From the IMG/VR virus record IMGVR_UViG_3300034175_000062, positions 36,456-100,455 of that record: DNA of 64,000 bases; one strand, written 5' to 3'. Below, piece after piece: positions 24,173-35,104 of this stretch (position 1 is the first letter of the stretch; each line of letters starts with the position of its first letter). The notes under the pieces were generated by a model. It did no database searches, was not told the DNA's origin, and saw nothing but the letters and a program-made list of their open reading frames with translations. The stretch is from a virus. The position numbers and the translations under genes are program-made.

Positions 24173-26956
24173 TTATCGTATCCTGATTGCGATTAGTTCT
24201 GCGGCGTTGATAGTCACACCAGTTTGCGTATCGATGTAGACGAATAGACGTAGTAGCTGTCCGGCAGTCAATGCCATAACTCGTCGGTTCATCTCTCCGT
24301 GTCTTACTTGAGTGCCGACTGTAAGAGCGCCTGGTGACGTCCTCCATAGGAATGCTGGACTATCTACGTTAGAAGTGTCGATACCAATACCCCAACTGAA
24401 CTTAGCGTTACTAGCTGTTCCATCGCTGAAACGTATCTTGCCCTGGATGTCGTAGATGCCAGTCTCTGGCACCGTCCACTGGCCATTGGTAGTATTGAAC
24501 GCTCCGCCACCTGTGTTCGTTGTAACAGTATTTAGAACTACCGTATTAAAGCTTCCTGCTCCGATCGCTCCAGTAGTTGTATTCGTCGACGCGATAAGAA
24601 CTGGGAAGTTCGATGATGCATCGACACCGGCTGAACCAGTATAACCAGTCGTTCCACTGAGTGGACGAACTGTGTATGTCATACCAGCTTCTGTTGGACC
24701 AACGAGCTGAAGCGTAGATGCAATGATGCTATAGTCGGTGATTGGATTCTGAACAACACCGTTTAGCGTTACGATAACATCGTTAGCACCAAGAGTAGCA
24801 GATGGTAGGGCGATGGTGTAGTTGTTAGTACCATTTACCGAACCAGTTACAGGAACAAACTGAAGCGAACCAGCGCCCGTTCCCTGTAGTCCAGTCGGAC
24901 CAGTTGGACCAGTTGGACCAGGAACAACTGAAGCCGAGCCAGTATATCCCATCGGACCAATCGGACCAGTTGGACCAGTCGGACCCAGTGGACCAGTCGG
25001 ACCTAGTGGACCTACAGAACCAATCGAACCGTTAAAGCCGGTTGCGCCAGTTGGACCAGTAGCACCCTGAGAACCAGCGTAGCCGATCGGACCCTGAATA
25101 CCCTGAGCACCGCTTGGGCCAGTTACACCTTGAATACCCTGTGAGCCATTCGGACCTACAGGTCCTGCTGGGCCAGTTGCACCGATAGAACCAGCGTAGC
25201 CGATCGGACCTTGTGGACCGACAGGACCAATCGGGCCTTGGATACCTTGTGGACCAGCTGGACCCGTGAGACCGAGTGGACCTGTTGCGCCAATAGAACC
25301 GTTATAACCAGTGACGCCCTGCGGACCAATCGGACCAGCAGCACCAGTAATACCAATCGAACCAGTGTATCCTACAACGCCCTGTGGACCTGACGGACCG
25401 GTAAGACCTGCCGGACCAGTGAAGCCCTGCGTTCCCTGTGGTCCTGTAGCACCAATCGATCCTGTAAAGCCTGCAGTTCCTTGTGGACCAGTCGGACCAG
25501 CCGCACCAGTCGGACCTGTTAGACCCGTCGCACCAGTGACACCGATTGGTCCAGTAAGACCAGTCGAACCAGTAAATCCGCTCGGTCCTTGTGGACCAGT
25601 CAGACCTGTGAAACCAGTCGGTCCCTGAGTACCAGCCGAACCAGTATAACCAGTTACGCCGATGACGCCCTGGATACCCTGTGGACCAGTCGGACCTGTT
25701 GGTCCAGTCGTTCCAGGAATACCCTGTGGTCCTGCTGGACCAGTTGCGCCCTGTGGACCAGTCGGACCTGAGATGCTGCCTACGTTAGTAAATACGTTAC
25801 CATCATAGACGTACAGATTACCACTGATCAGATATGCGTCGCCGGTAGCGTTACCAGTTGTTGGTAGCTGAGATGAGCTAGCGAGTGTTCCAAGAATACG
25901 AACACTAGCACCAATCGAACCAGTATAACCTAGCGATCCAGTATAACCAATCGTGCCCTGAATACCCTGCGGGCCGGTCGGACCTACAGGACCCGTTACA
26001 CCCAGCGAGCCGCTGTATCCGGTTAGTCCCATGACGCCTTGTACGCCCTGTGAACCAGTATAACCGATTACGCCCTGTGGACCTACTGCGCCGATAGAGC
26101 CGTTAAAGCCGGTTGCGCCCTGAACGCCCTGTGGACCTACTGGACCAGCAGAACCGACCGAACCGTTAAAGCCTGTTGGACCGATAGGACCAGCAACACC
26201 CTGGATACCTTGAATGCCCTGTGGACCGACACTGCCGATTGAACCGTTAAAGCCAGTCGGACCTACTGGGCCAGTCGTACCTTGTGGACCCGGACCACCG
26301 ATCGAACCATTAAAGCCTGTTACGCCTTGTGGACCGACAGGACCAGCTGGACCAAGCGAACCCTGCGAGCCAGTGAAGCCGATTAGACCCTGAGCACCAA
26401 CAGGACCCTGAGCTCCGATAGGACCAGCGACACCCTGTGGTCCTTGAGGACCAACTGAACCAGTCGGACCAGTCGGACCTACAGGACCTGCTACAAGAGA
26501 TGCCGAACCGGTATAACCGATGTCACCACGCGATCCGTTGTAACCTACGCCCTGGATACCTTGAATACCCTGCGGACCTTCTGGACCCGTAGGACCGACG
26601 ATGCCCTGAGCGCCAACTGCGCCTTGCGATCCAGTGTATCCCATCGGACCAGTTGGGCCAACGATAGTAGACGCTGAACCGACATAACCGGTGTCACCCT
26701 TTGAACCAGTGTATCCCTGCGATCCGGTATAGCCAAGTGAACCAGTATAGCCGATGGTCGTAGATGCTGAACCAGTATAACCGATCGATCCAGTATAACC
26801 GAATGAACCAGTAAATCCACGCGAGCCACCGTAACCCTTAAGTTCGGTACTTACGAGCATAGAGTACTGAGATGACGCATCAACGACTACTACACTGCCT
26901 TCGACAGTATAGTTAAGCATCGTGACTATTAGCGTGTAGTCATTAGAAGAGGTCAT
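24173..26956 (-). CDS. Long collagen-like fibre with C1q-like C-terminal domain
   Basis: About 600 aa of Gly-X-Y with GYTGS/GFNGS; [16 protein letters not shown]. Confidence 0.9.
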   Translation of the reverse strand: MTSSNDYTLIVTMLNYTVEGSVVVVDASSQYSMLVSTELKGYGGSRGFTGSFGYTGSIGYTGSASTTIGYTGSLGYTGSQGYTGSKGDTGYVGSASTIVGPTGPMGYTGSQGAVGAQGIVGPTGPEGPQGIQGIQGVGYNGSRGDIGYTGSASLVAGPVGPTGPTGSVGPQGPQGVAGPIGAQGPVGAQGLIGFTGSQGSLGPAGPVGPQGVTGFNGSIGGPGPQGTTGPVGPTGFNGSIGSVGPQGIQGIQGVAGPIGPTGFNGSVGSAGPVGPQGVQGATGFNGSIGAVGPQGVIGYTGSQGVQGVMGLTGYSGSLGVTGPVGPTGPQGIQGTIGYTGSLGYTGSIGASVRILGTLASSSQLPTTGNATGDAYLISGNLYVYDGNVFTNVGSISGPTGPQGATGPAGPQGIPGTTGPTGPTGPQGIQGVIGVTGYTGSAGTQGPTGFTGLTGPQGPSGFTGSTGLTGPIGVTGATGLTGPTGAAGPTGPQGTAGFTGSIGATGPQGTQGFTGPAGLTGPSGPQGVVGYTGSIGITGAAGPIGPQGVTGYNGSIGATGPLGLTGPAGPQGIQGPIGPVGPQGPIGYAGSIGATGPAGPVGPNGSQGIQGVTGPSGAQGIQGPIGYAGSQGATGPTGATGFNGSIGSVGPLGPTGPLGPTGPTGPIGPMGYTGSASVVPGPTGPTGPTGLQGTGAGSLQFVPVTGSVNGTNNYTIALPSATLGANDVIVTLNGVVQNPITDYSIIASTLQLVGPTEAGMTYTVRPLSGTTGYTGSAGVDASSNFPVLIASTNTTTGAIGAGSFNTVVLNTVTTNTGGGAFNTTNGQWTVPETGIYDIQGKIRFSDGTASNAKFSWGIGIDTSNVDSPAFLWRTSPGALTVGTQVRHGEMNRRVMALTAGQLLRLFVYIDTQTGVTINAAELIAIRIR

Positions 26957-27269
26957 TGTACACCTGCAGAGCTACGACGTTGTTGATGGTTACAGTGTTA
27001 TCGATCTTAGAACACTGTACGGAGAGTACGTAACCAGCACCGTCTGACCTAAGAGTCGCTGTCTGTTCAGCAGTCATAGATACGATTAGACCAGATGCTT
27101 GTACTGTCCTTCCGAGCGAAAATGGAGCAGGAGTTCCCTTAGCAGTCTGATAGCTGAGCTTGAGCTGAACAACCCATGTTCCATCATTAAGATTGATGAG
27201 CGTATTGTTATGCTTGACTGCGAGAAGGAACGCTACAGGGTTACCTTTAACGACTTTTATGGCTGACAC
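26943..27269 (-). CDS. Small beta-sandwich fibre adaptor-like protein
   Basis: First gene after late promoter; BppU-N-like pattern. Confidence 0.65.
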   Translation of the reverse strand: MSAIKVVKGNPVAFLLAVKHNNTLINLNDGTWVVQLKLSYQTAKGTPAPFSLGRTVQASGLIVSMTAEQTATLRSDGAGYVLSVQCSKIDNTVTINNVVALQVYNDLF

Positions 27270-27296
27270 ATGCGATTCCTCTAGATACGTTTTTCA

Positions 27297-27304
27297 TATT
27301 TATA
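27297..27304 (-). promoter_or_regulatory. T4 gp55-type late promoter
   Basis: TATAAATA; NATAAATA variants also at ~43317, 45071, 45963, 57140, 58621, 60161. Confidence 0.8.
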
Positions 27305-27365
27305 GTTGACATTTTTAACCACTTGATATAGAGTGGCCTTATCCCTAAAGTGAGTCACATTTATA

Positions 27366-28046
27366 ATGCATACTTTCGATAGTGCTTACCGGATTGGCAA
27401 GCGCTTCAGTGGTAATGACGAGTTTACACCGATCGACGTCAAGAACGAGCCGATGTTCTTTAACTCGAGCTTGGCATACGCCTACAACGAAGGCGGGTCG
27501 ATCACCAGAGAGTTCATCAACGCGTTCTCACACGATTTCGCTATCAAGTCTGGTATCGATCCAGCTGACTTCGTATTTGATAGTCGCGTTCATATGCTGA
27601 TGAAGGGCTGGTTCCCTTGCATCCCAGGCTTCCACCACGATGACGTCCCGCGTCATACTTCCAACGGTCAGCCGAACTACACTGATCCTGAATATCGCAG
27701 CCAGCACTGCATGGGACTCGTCAATGGCGAGATCTGTCCTACTGAGTTCGCGATCGGAACTGCTGAGTTCTCTGAGATCGGCGAAGATCAGGTCGCTTAT
27801 GAGGTCTGGCATAAGGAAGTTGAGCAGCGTCTGATGGAGGGTACATCGTTAGTCCTTCATGACGCTCCGAGTAACAAGCTCGTCTACTTCGACGACCGTA
27901 CGTGGCATCAAGGCACTCGCGCGATAGCTGGTGGATGGCGCTGGTTTGGTCGGATCTCATGGAATACGGCGAGGGTAAATAACATCACCAACGAAATACG
28001 CCGGCAAGTTCAAGTGTATCTTGAGAATCCGATGCAAGGTTGGTGA
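27366..28046 (+). CDS. 2OG-Fe(II) dioxygenase-like protein
   Basis: PGFHHD (HxD), distal WHQG, WRWFGR. Confidence 0.7.
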   Translation: MHTFDSAYRIGKRFSGNDEFTPIDVKNEPMFFNSSLAYAYNEGGSITREFINAFSHDFAIKSGIDPADFVFDSRVHMLMKGWFPCIPGFHHDDVPRHTSNGQPNYTDPEYRSQHCMGLVNGEICPTEFAIGTAEFSEIGEDQVAYEVWHKEVEQRLMEGTSLVLHDAPSNKLVYFDDRTWHQGTRAIAGGWRWFGRISWNTARVNNITNEIRRQVQVYLENPMQGW

Positions 28047-28082
28047 GTTGACATTTTCTATCAATGAGTATATAAAGAGACT

Positions 28083-29264
28083 ATGAAACAATTCGATATT
28101 ATCTACAAGCGCACCTCAACCGGAGCAGTTCAGACTTGGACGGCTGAAGTCGAGGGTGATCGCTATCGCACGATCTCCGGTCAGCAGAACGGTAAGAAGA
28201 CCATCTCTGAGTGGACGACTGCTGAAGCAAAGAACACTGGCAAGTCCAATGCGACGACTGCTGAAGAGCAGGCTGTTGTTAAGGTCGAGCAGATGTTCGC
28301 TAATAAGCTGGCTCGCGAATATCGTCGTGAACTCGCTGAGATCGACAACAAGCACTACACGAAGCCGATGAAGTCGGTCAAGTGGAAGGACCCTAAGGCT
28401 CGTCCTGCGCCTGGCACCGCAATCGGGGTTCAGCCTAAGCTGGACGGTATGCGAGCCCTGACGTCGCCACGTGGCGCTAAGTCGCAGGATGGTAAGATCA
28501 TCCCGGGCTTCCGTCATATCTGGGCTAATCTGCTTAAGTCGGGCGTGTTCGAAGATATGCCTGATCTCGAGCTCGATGGCGAGGGCTACAACCATACTCA
28601 TGCCGAGCAGTTCGAAGGACTGATGTCGGCTCTGAAGGACGCTAATCCGACACCTGAGGAAGACGCTGAGATCAAGAAGATCGTCCAGTATCACCTCTAT
28701 GATATCGCATCAAGCCCAAAGCCGTACGCTGTCTTCGAGGATGGTATCCTGGTCGATGGGCGTCTGCACGATCTGTGGAACATCTATAAGAAGTACCTCG
28801 CTCGCTTTGATCCGATGTTCCGTATGACGCATATGATCCCAGGCGTCATGGACACTGATGGCGCGTTCGTGGACAAGATCACGAATGGCTTCCTCGAGTC
28901 CAAGTACGAGGGTGCGATGGTTCGTATCATCGACTCGAAGTACGAGAATAAGACGTCGCGCGGACTGATCAAGGTCAAGCCGATGGAGGACAAGGAGTTC
29001 CTCATCCTTCGTATTGAAGAGGGAAGTGGTAACTGGGCTGGTGTCGCTAAGCGGATCATCGTCCAGCTTGAGGACGGCCGCGAGCAGAAGACTACGCCGA
29101 AGGGCGACAAGACCTATCTGAAGAAGATGCTCGAAGAGAAAGAGCTGTACGAGGGCAAGGCCTACGGTACGGTGACCTTCCTGCGTCGTACCGCAGATGG
29201 CTTCCTCTATCTGCCGATCTTCAAGGCAGTTCGTTGGGACTACGTACCTCCGGAGGCTGAATGA
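28083..29264 (+). CDS. lig: ATP-dependent DNA ligase
   Basis: QPKLDGMR, LDGE, YDI, YEGAMVR, LIKVK, OB domain. Confidence 0.93.
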   Translation: MKQFDIIYKRTSTGAVQTWTAEVEGDRYRTISGQQNGKKTISEWTTAEAKNTGKSNATTAEEQAVVKVEQMFANKLAREYRRELAEIDNKHYTKPMKSVKWKDPKARPAPGTAIGVQPKLDGMRALTSPRGAKSQDGKIIPGFRHIWANLLKSGVFEDMPDLELDGEGYNHTHAEQFEGLMSALKDANPTPEEDAEIKKIVQYHLYDIASSPKPYAVFEDGILVDGRLHDLWNIYKKYLARFDPMFRMTHMIPGVMDTDGAFVDKITNGFLESKYEGAMVRIIDSKYENKTSRGLIKVKPMEDKEFLILRIEEGSGNWAGVAKRIIVQLEDGREQKTTPKGDKTYLKKMLEEKELYEGKAYGTVTFLRRTADGFLYLPIFKAVRWDYVPPEAE

Positions 29265-29815
29265 CACAACGAGCAACGTGCGATAACTATTGTGGCTTTT
29301 CGTCTGATATAGCACGCCATGAGCATTCATCGGTGTGCGAGACGAAGTATGCTGCATCTCAGCCAATCGTAATCGATCTGTATAGGGTCATGTTCGATTC
29401 GCTGCTTGAGGCAGCACAAGAGTCGAAGTGGATGCCACCTGAATACATGGTGAACGACTGGGTAGCTGACTGTCGTCATTTACTGATCGATGGTCCATTC
29501 GACCCTGAGCCTCTTCGTAAAGAGCTTTCAGCAGCAGGTAGAAACAACTACCTGCTGCAAGAGTCGATGCAGCAGCTCGTAGACTATGCTGATCGACTCA
29601 ATAAGTACATCGACTATCTTGCCGCAGACTTCGAGATCGATCTGAATTCTGATGAGATGCGTAAGCGTCCAACAGCTCCTAAAGCTAATGCTGAGCTGAA
29701 GCTTCAGAAGCGTATCACCGAACTCGAAGACGAGGTTAAGACCCTTGAGCGAGAACTACGTGACGCTGAGATCGATAACACTCGTCTTGAGCAAAGCCTG
29801 CGCGGCGACTATTAA
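29261..29815 (+). CDS. Coiled-coil hypothetical protein
   Basis: ATGA-coupled, GGAGG RBS. Confidence 0.7.
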   Translation: MTQRATCDNYCGFSSDIARHEHSSVCETKYAASQPIVIDLYRVMFDSLLEAAQESKWMPPEYMVNDWVADCRHLLIDGPFDPEPLRKELSAAGRNNYLLQESMQQLVDYADRLNKYIDYLAADFEIDLNSDEMRKRPTAPKANAELKLQKRITELEDEVKTLERELRDAEIDNTRLEQSLRGDY

Positions 29816-30096
29816 CGCTTTAGTGCGATATTGACGGTTGCAGAACCACCAGATAGCGTATAGCTGATCGAGCCTGCTCCGACGACCCTATAGAGTCCTG
29901 GGATGCTGATCGCTGCGTTAGTCGTCATATCAGACATCTGAGTGACTAACAGTGGCCATGGGCCTGTACCGTCAATAGAGCCACGTACGCTGATAGTACC
30001 GCCAGTGATCGCTGGTACTGAGATGTAGACGAAGTCGCATCCAAGTGCTTGAATTGCGGTGTTTGGTGCTAGTGCGAGCCTAGTATTTGAAGCCAT
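29812..30096 (-). CDS. Small late beta-rich protein
   Basis: AAGGA RBS, follows gp25. Confidence 0.7.
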   Translation of the reverse strand: MASNTRLALAPNTAIQALGCDFVYISVPAITGGTISVRGSIDGTGPWPLLVTQMSDMTTNAAISIPGLYRVVGAGSISYTLSGGSATVNIALKR

Positions 30097-30119
30097 TTAT
30101 CCGTTCCTTTTAGTTTTAT

Positions 30120-30539
30120 TTAGCGTACACGCTTTAGTACTGTGCTAAAGCTGAACACGTCCGATGGTGTGTTAACCATCGAGAACGTGATACTAACATC
30201 ATACTGATTGTTGTCTTCATTAGCCTCGACTTCAACTAGCAATAGTTGGACTCGGGGCTCGTGTTGTGTCACGGTCGTGTTGATCGCATCCTTAAGAAGA
30301 CTCTCGGTTACTTCATCCATCGGCTCGAATAGAAGACTATGGATGTTAGATCCGATGTTACTGAATGGACGCTCACCGATATTAGTCAGGATCAGGTTCT
30401 TGACAGCGCGGATGATAGACCTCTCATTCTGCACACGAGCTAGCTCTCCACTGATCGGATTACGATCAAGGTTGATCAGAAAGTCCGAGTAGTACTCGAT
30501 CTGCTTGCTACGTGGTGTTAGTCTATCTGCGCGAGTCAT
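30120..30539 (-). CDS. gp25: Baseplate wedge protein gp25
   Basis: VKNLILTNIGERPF..IGS.I..LLFEP, EPRV. Confidence 0.95.
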   Translation of the reverse strand: MTRADRLTPRSKQIEYYSDFLINLDRNPISGELARVQNERSIIRAVKNLILTNIGERPFSNIGSNIHSLLFEPMDEVTESLLKDAINTTVTQHEPRVQLLLVEVEANEDNNQYDVSITFSMVNTPSDVFSFSTVLKRVR

Positions 30540-30549
30540 TCGTTATTCC

Positions 30550-31251
30550 TTACTGAGGTGGTCCAGATACAGCACCACCTGGCTGTACGCCAGTGTGAAT
30601 GTGAGTTGCTAGGCTCTTCGACATGCCAGTGATATCGCCTGAAGCATCGATCTTACCAGATACGGTCGTGTCACCGGAGACAGACATGTTGCCAGTGACT
30701 GCCACATCGGCTTTGATGTTTACCTTCGAGGCATCAAGGTTGATATCGCCACCAGCTACTACAGCAGCCGATCCACCGACTTGAATTTCAGCGTCCTCAC
30801 CAGTCGTTACATTGAGGTTACCATCGACCTTAGCCGACATAGTACCATCGACCTTGGTGTACGAGTCTCCACCGACCATTGAGACCATATTGCCGATAGT
30901 AGCGACTGTAGCATCGCCTGATACGACACTGTCCATATCGCCATGAACTTCAGCATGTAGATCGCCCTGGATGATAAGCTTCAGGTTGCCACTGAACAGG
31001 ATATCCGAGTTGTTATCTACGGTGAGCGTTAGTCCACCCTTGACGTACTTGTAGCCGTCACCGACGATAAGCTCGACCTTACGACCGTCAGCACTGACTT
31101 CCCAGAAGCTGCCTGACTTATGAGCCGTACGAAGTCGTTCAGCGCCTGGTGTATCGTCTACATGAAACTCATGACCAGAACGGCTGATAGTCGTCTGGTT
31201 GTAAGGATACTCAGCAGCGTATGATGTGTCTGGTAGTCTATTCTCAGCCAA
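30550..31251 (-). CDS. gp5: gp5 C-terminal needle (beta-helix and His-tipped spike)
   Basis: YPYN...SGH....DDTPG.ER...H.SG, VxG repeats, SL..H.H.GV..G tip; TTG start inferred. Confidence 0.88.
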   Translation of the reverse strand: MAENRLPDTSYAAEYPYNQTTISRSGHEFHVDDTPGAERLRTAHKSGSFWEVSADGRKVELIVGDGYKYVKGGLTLTVDNNSDILFSGNLKLIIQGDLHAEVHGDMDSVVSGDATVATIGNMVSMVGGDSYTKVDGTMSAKVDGNLNVTTGEDAEIQVGGSAAVVAGGDINLDASKVNIKADVAVTGNMSVSGDTTVSGKIDASGDITGMSKSLATHIHTGVQPGGAVSGPPQ

Positions 31252-32086
31252 GGATGCTCTTCTTCTTTTTTGCAAGAGACTTCAGCTTCGAGAAGCCGTT
31301 CTCTATATCGCCCATCGTGTTGTTCATTACGAACTTAGAGCCACCGATTCTATTTAGTGCAGTCTTGAGTGAGTTGATCGGAGATGCGAGTGACGAGTCA
31401 GTAATAAAGCCAGTGAGGTGATTGACACCACTAATGATCTCACCGCCAGTCTCAGGCAGATAAGCCGAGACCATATTGCCGACCTGTTGGATCTCACCGA
31501 TCAGTCCCTGCTGAGATAGATTGGTGATGTTATTGGCACGTCGCACGATATCTTCAACGCTGTTCTTAAGATCATTCAGCTTACGAGCTGTCGTCTTGAT
31601 ATCCCTCAGAGCACCTGAGACGTTACCCTTCTCGACGTTATCAATGAGGCTCGCGACAGTCTGACCAGTGTAGTTGATACTACCGATAGTCTGTAGCTTG
31701 ATCGACTTGAGCTTGTCGTTAACCTTCTTGGTAACGCTCTCCTTTAGTACGTCGTTAGTATCCTCACCGACATTAGTCAGCGGGAAGTCACCAGCGCTGC
31801 CGTCTGCTGCTATAGCACGACCCATCGTACCTTCTACGAGCGGAGTCTGCTTCTCCATATCGATAAACCTACCAGTGACAGTGGATCCGACAGTGAGTCC
31901 AGTGGTCGGCCCTGTGACGCCTCCATTCAGTGCGTGTGTCACTGGATAGACGCACCGTGCCCATGGGAGATCGACATCAGGAATGTTAGCCTGATCGTCG
32001 TGTAGACCGAATGCTCTGATCTTGACGCGCCCTGCCCTCTCTGGGTCGTTGACGTCTACCACTTTAGCGATGAATGAGTCGCGCAT
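31244..32086 (-). CDS. gp5: gp5 N-terminal OB-fold hub subunit
   Basis: VVDVNDP...GRVK.R.FG.H...DLPWA. Confidence 0.9.
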   Translation of the reverse strand: MRDSFIAKVVDVNDPERAGRVKIRAFGLHDDQANIPDVDLPWARCVYPVTHALNGGVTGPTTGLTVGSTVTGRFIDMEKQTPLVEGTMGRAIAADGSAGDFPLTNVGEDTNDVLKESVTKKVNDKLKSIKLQTIGSINYTGQTVASLIDNVEKGNVSGALRDIKTTARKLNDLKNSVEDIVRRANNITNLSQQGLIGEIQQVGNMVSAYLPETGGEIISGVNHLTGFITDSSLASPINSLKTALNRIGGSKFVMNNTMGDIENGFSKLKSLAKKKKSILG

Positions 32087-33318
32087 TATGCTGTTCCTTT
32101 ATACCCACCCTTGAGTGCTTCGATAGAACACGTGTAACGTGGCATGGTACCCTCAGCCGTGATGATATGACGAATGAAAGCGATGACGTACTTACCAGAG
32201 AGCTGAGGGTGTAGCTTTGGCTCAGTGGTTGACGCATTGTTATCGACTATATTGAGGTTAATTGTTTGCCCCGCAGTCAATTCAGAATCCCCAAATACAT
32301 GAAGATGGAGGAAACCCTGGCCCATTAGGGCAGCCATATTCTGACGGGCTCCTAGGCCATCAGAAATAAACGTATCTGGGTTGCCAGAGTCATTAATAAC
32401 CCAGCTATCACTACCGGCTCCATTACCGTACTTAGTTACCGTCTTGCTATCATCTGGTGACTTGAAAGTACCATCGGCTGACTTGTATTCGCCCGGATTG
32501 AACTTAACGGTCTTCGTCTTGTAGTCAAGAGTCTTGATATCGAATTTGTTAACCTGATGAGCCATACCACCAGTGCGTAGACGTGATGTTAGGTCGAACT
32601 GGTTAGGCTGTACGTAACTGATGATATTGCGGAAGTCAGACTTAGTGATATCGGTATGCAGGGTCGGATCATTATTGAATACCCTATCACCGACTTGACC
32701 ATCAGCAAATAGCTTTTCGATAGTCTTGTAGTGAAAGCCATCAGCGTTCTCAAAGAAGACATACATGGATGACTTATCATCAACTGACACAGACCTTCTA
32801 CGCAGCATCTTAACTGCATCGAAGGGACGCTCAGATGGAACCAAGAACTTCTGTACGCCACGAGTATTCTGGACGTCTATCTTCTTCTTTGTCTTCAGGA
32901 ACTGAGTGAGAATGTCTGTGACCATCGAAGAGATATTCGTGTTGTATGACTTGCATACCTGCACCGTCTTATCGATTATGATCTCTTCACTAACGGCTTC
33001 GATCTTGTACGACTTAACACGCTCGTTGATAGACGTGGTAGAGTCGGTAATACTCGCGATGACTAGCTCGAGTCTCCTGTCCTTACGTCCAGGCGCAGCG
33101 AGTTCGATGACTACCTTTTCACCACCGAGGATTGGTAGTTCGGTGATCATATTGCGCGCGTCTGTAATACCAAGTTCAACGATGATACCTGGCGTAAGAA
33201 TAGACTCGTAGATCGACATCATAACGACGATCTCAGTCGCGTTGACTACTCCCTTATCGGCATAGATGCTGACAGTCTTGATCTGTACATCGCCCGGGAT
33301 CTGTTGTGTGGCTGACAT
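32086..33318 (-). CDS. Baseplate hub protein (gp27-like)
   Basis: IYESI, D..N....LPI.GGE, FFEN.DG..., L..G..I.L, SG.Y.I..I.H. Confidence 0.8.
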   Translation of the reverse strand: MSATQQIPGDVQIKTVSIYADKGVVNATEIVVMMSIYESILTPGIIVELGITDARNMITELPILGGEKVVIELAAPGRKDRRLELVIASITDSTTSINERVKSYKIEAVSEEIIIDKTVQVCKSYNTNISSMVTDILTQFLKTKKKIDVQNTRGVQKFLVPSERPFDAVKMLRRRSVSVDDKSSMYVFFENADGFHYKTIEKLFADGQVGDRVFNNDPTLHTDITKSDFRNIISYVQPNQFDLTSRLRTGGMAHQVNKFDIKTLDYKTKTVKFNPGEYKSADGTFKSPDDSKTVTKYGNGAGSDSWVINDSGNPDTFISDGLGARQNMAALMGQGFLHLHVFGDSELTAGQTINLNIVDNNASTTEPKLHPQLSGKYVIAFIRHIITAEGTMPRYTCSIEALKGGYKGTA

Positions 33319-33974
33319 TATTGTGCTAACAGATCCTTGAGGTTACTTACTGCTATTGATGCATAACGCGCATCTAGTAGCTTGATCGATGCTTTATCAG
33401 CGTTCTTCTCAGCTTCCATATCATAATAAGATACCGCTTCCCAATACATCTTCTCAGCGTCTGGTACTGGCAGTCCGATCACGTTGCCGGCTCCATCCTT
33501 AGCAGCAACCGTATGGTCGATCTTCTTACGGACATATGACGTCGGCTGACTATACTGATCGATCTCTGGGACCCAATACTTCTTGCCGTGGGGATCAAGG
33601 TTGCTGTATTCTTGGATCGTCATGATGTATGGATCATTGTACCAATCGACGCGATAGAAAGCTATCTTAGCTTTAGCAGCATCGACAGATCCATAAGCAG
33701 ACCTGATGTGATCATTGAAGACGTCATCAGACATCGGCCACTGGTAATACGGATCGACGATGTTATTGCTGAGGTATACTAGCCACACCATGTCAGGATC
33801 ACCGTAGTACTTCTCGGCTACCTGCTCTGCACGCATGCCATTCTTTACCTGATAAGGATAGAACGCATACTGATCACCGAAGACCTGGTTAAGAATAGCC
33901 ACGCGGTTAGTGATATTGATGACTTGTGAGTTACCATATTGAATGACCGGAAACTGTGCGAAGTATTTGTTCAT
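33318..33974 (-). CDS. gp53: Baseplate wedge protein gp53
   Basis: YF..FP.I.Y, VA.KYYGD....WLV.L.NNI.DP..QWP. Confidence 0.93.
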   Translation of the reverse strand: MNKYFAQFPVIQYGNSQVINITNRVAILNQVFGDQYAFYPYQVKNGMRAEQVAEKYYGDPDMVWLVYLSNNIVDPYYQWPMSDDVFNDHIRSAYGSVDAAKAKIAFYRVDWYNDPYIMTIQEYSNLDPHGKKYWVPEIDQYSQPTSYVRKKIDHTVAAKDGAGNVIGLPVPDAEKMYWEAVSYYDMEAEKNADKASIKLLDARYASIAVSNLKDLLAQ

Positions 33975-35053
33975 TACACTGGTCCTAGATTACGAACAGG
34001 AGGCTTAGGAATGTTATTGAAGTCTCCGTTCTTGACCGTCGATAGCAGACCGTTATCATTACCGTCTCCACCACGCCATAGTTCGATCTCTTGTAGATCG
34101 AGTGATAGGACTACTTCGATAGGCTTACCGTCATAGAAGAAGCCTGGACGTCCTGCGTTAGGAGCCCAATCAAGATCGACACGAGTGATCACACATGGCT
34201 TAAAGCGATACATAGCGTCAGCCGTCTCAGTCGGATTGAACTTTGGATGTACGATATGTGGGTACTTATAGAAGCCACCAAACGATGCTGCGAGTAGTTC
34301 TGGGTGTGAGACACGCTTGAAGGTATTAACGATATTCTGGATAGCTTCAGCCTCGCCTGCATTACGTGGATAGAGTCTCCAACCGAAGTTGTGGGTCTTA
34401 AACTGAGCACCCTGGAAAGCGATGGTCATGAATGGATTGTCTGCAATACCAAGAGACTGCTGAATGCCACCCGTGATAGTACTTGAGTCGCCTATTATGC
34501 CTGTTAGTACTTTTCGCGCGCCACCACCAAGTAGAGCATCACCAGACTTAGTCAGAATCGATCCCAGATTATCCTTGAGGGAACCTACGCCACCAGTCTT
34601 ATAACCGTCGATCATACCATTAACTGTTGAAGCCATAGCATCGGTGATAAAGTTTCCGTCCTCCATCTTATAGACGAGCTGTGACGTATCCTTCAGGTTG
34701 CCCGGCATCGGTAGTGCGATGTAGTCGGTAATACCAGCTGATGTAGCACCCTCGAACATGCTAGGGCGACGATACTCTTCGAATCCAAATGACATGTAGT
34801 ACTTTGGACGATCCGTTGGAAAGCTAAGGATGCTGGTCTTCTTAACCGCGTCGATCTTCTTCGATGGATCTGTCGCTTCAACACGAGGTCGAGTTCTATT
34901 AGGATCACGGTTGTCTGTTACTGCGATCTTTGACGGGCTGCCGGTGAACGTTGTAAGATCACCATAGGCTTTCTTCAGGGTCGCGCCGGCGCTCGTGGCA
35001 AATGACTGTCCGCCACTGATGCCGTTCTTGATGCTATCTAAAATACCAGCCAT
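33974..35053 (-). CDS. gp48: Baseplate tail-tube cap gp48
   Basis: IAL.MP, NP....F.G...K.H.F.W.L.P.N..E, FKPCVI. Confidence 0.88.
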   Translation of the reverse strand: MAGILDSIKNGISGGQSFATSAGATLKKAYGDLTTFTGSPSKIAVTDNRDPNRTRPRVEATDPSKKIDAVKKTSILSFPTDRPKYYMSFGFEEYRRPSMFEGATSAGITDYIALPMPGNLKDTSQLVYKMEDGNFITDAMASTVNGMIDGYKTGGVGSLKDNLGSILTKSGDALLGGGARKVLTGIIGDSSTITGGIQQSLGIADNPFMTIAFQGAQFKTHNFGWRLYPRNAGEAEAIQNIVNTFKRVSHPELLAASFGGFYKYPHIVHPKFNPTETADAMYRFKPCVITRVDLDWAPNAGRPGFFYDGKPIEVVLSLDLQEIELWRGGDGNDNGLLSTVKNGDFNNIPKPPVRNLGPV

Positions 35054-35104
35054 CTTCTTCCCATAAGTATTTGTTACTTTGTTAGTATTTAGGTGAATTG
35101 TTAG

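Noticed and set aside
24173-26956. Dense GGACC/CCAGT nucleotide repeats as array or DGR
   Set aside because: Fully explained by Gly-Pro-Thr collagen codons; no reverse transcriptase or TR/VR pair seen
31262-31272. dnaX-type A_AAA_AAG -1 frameshift joining the gp5 halves
   Set aside because: The downstream gp5 half is in the +1 frame, so a -1 slip would not join them
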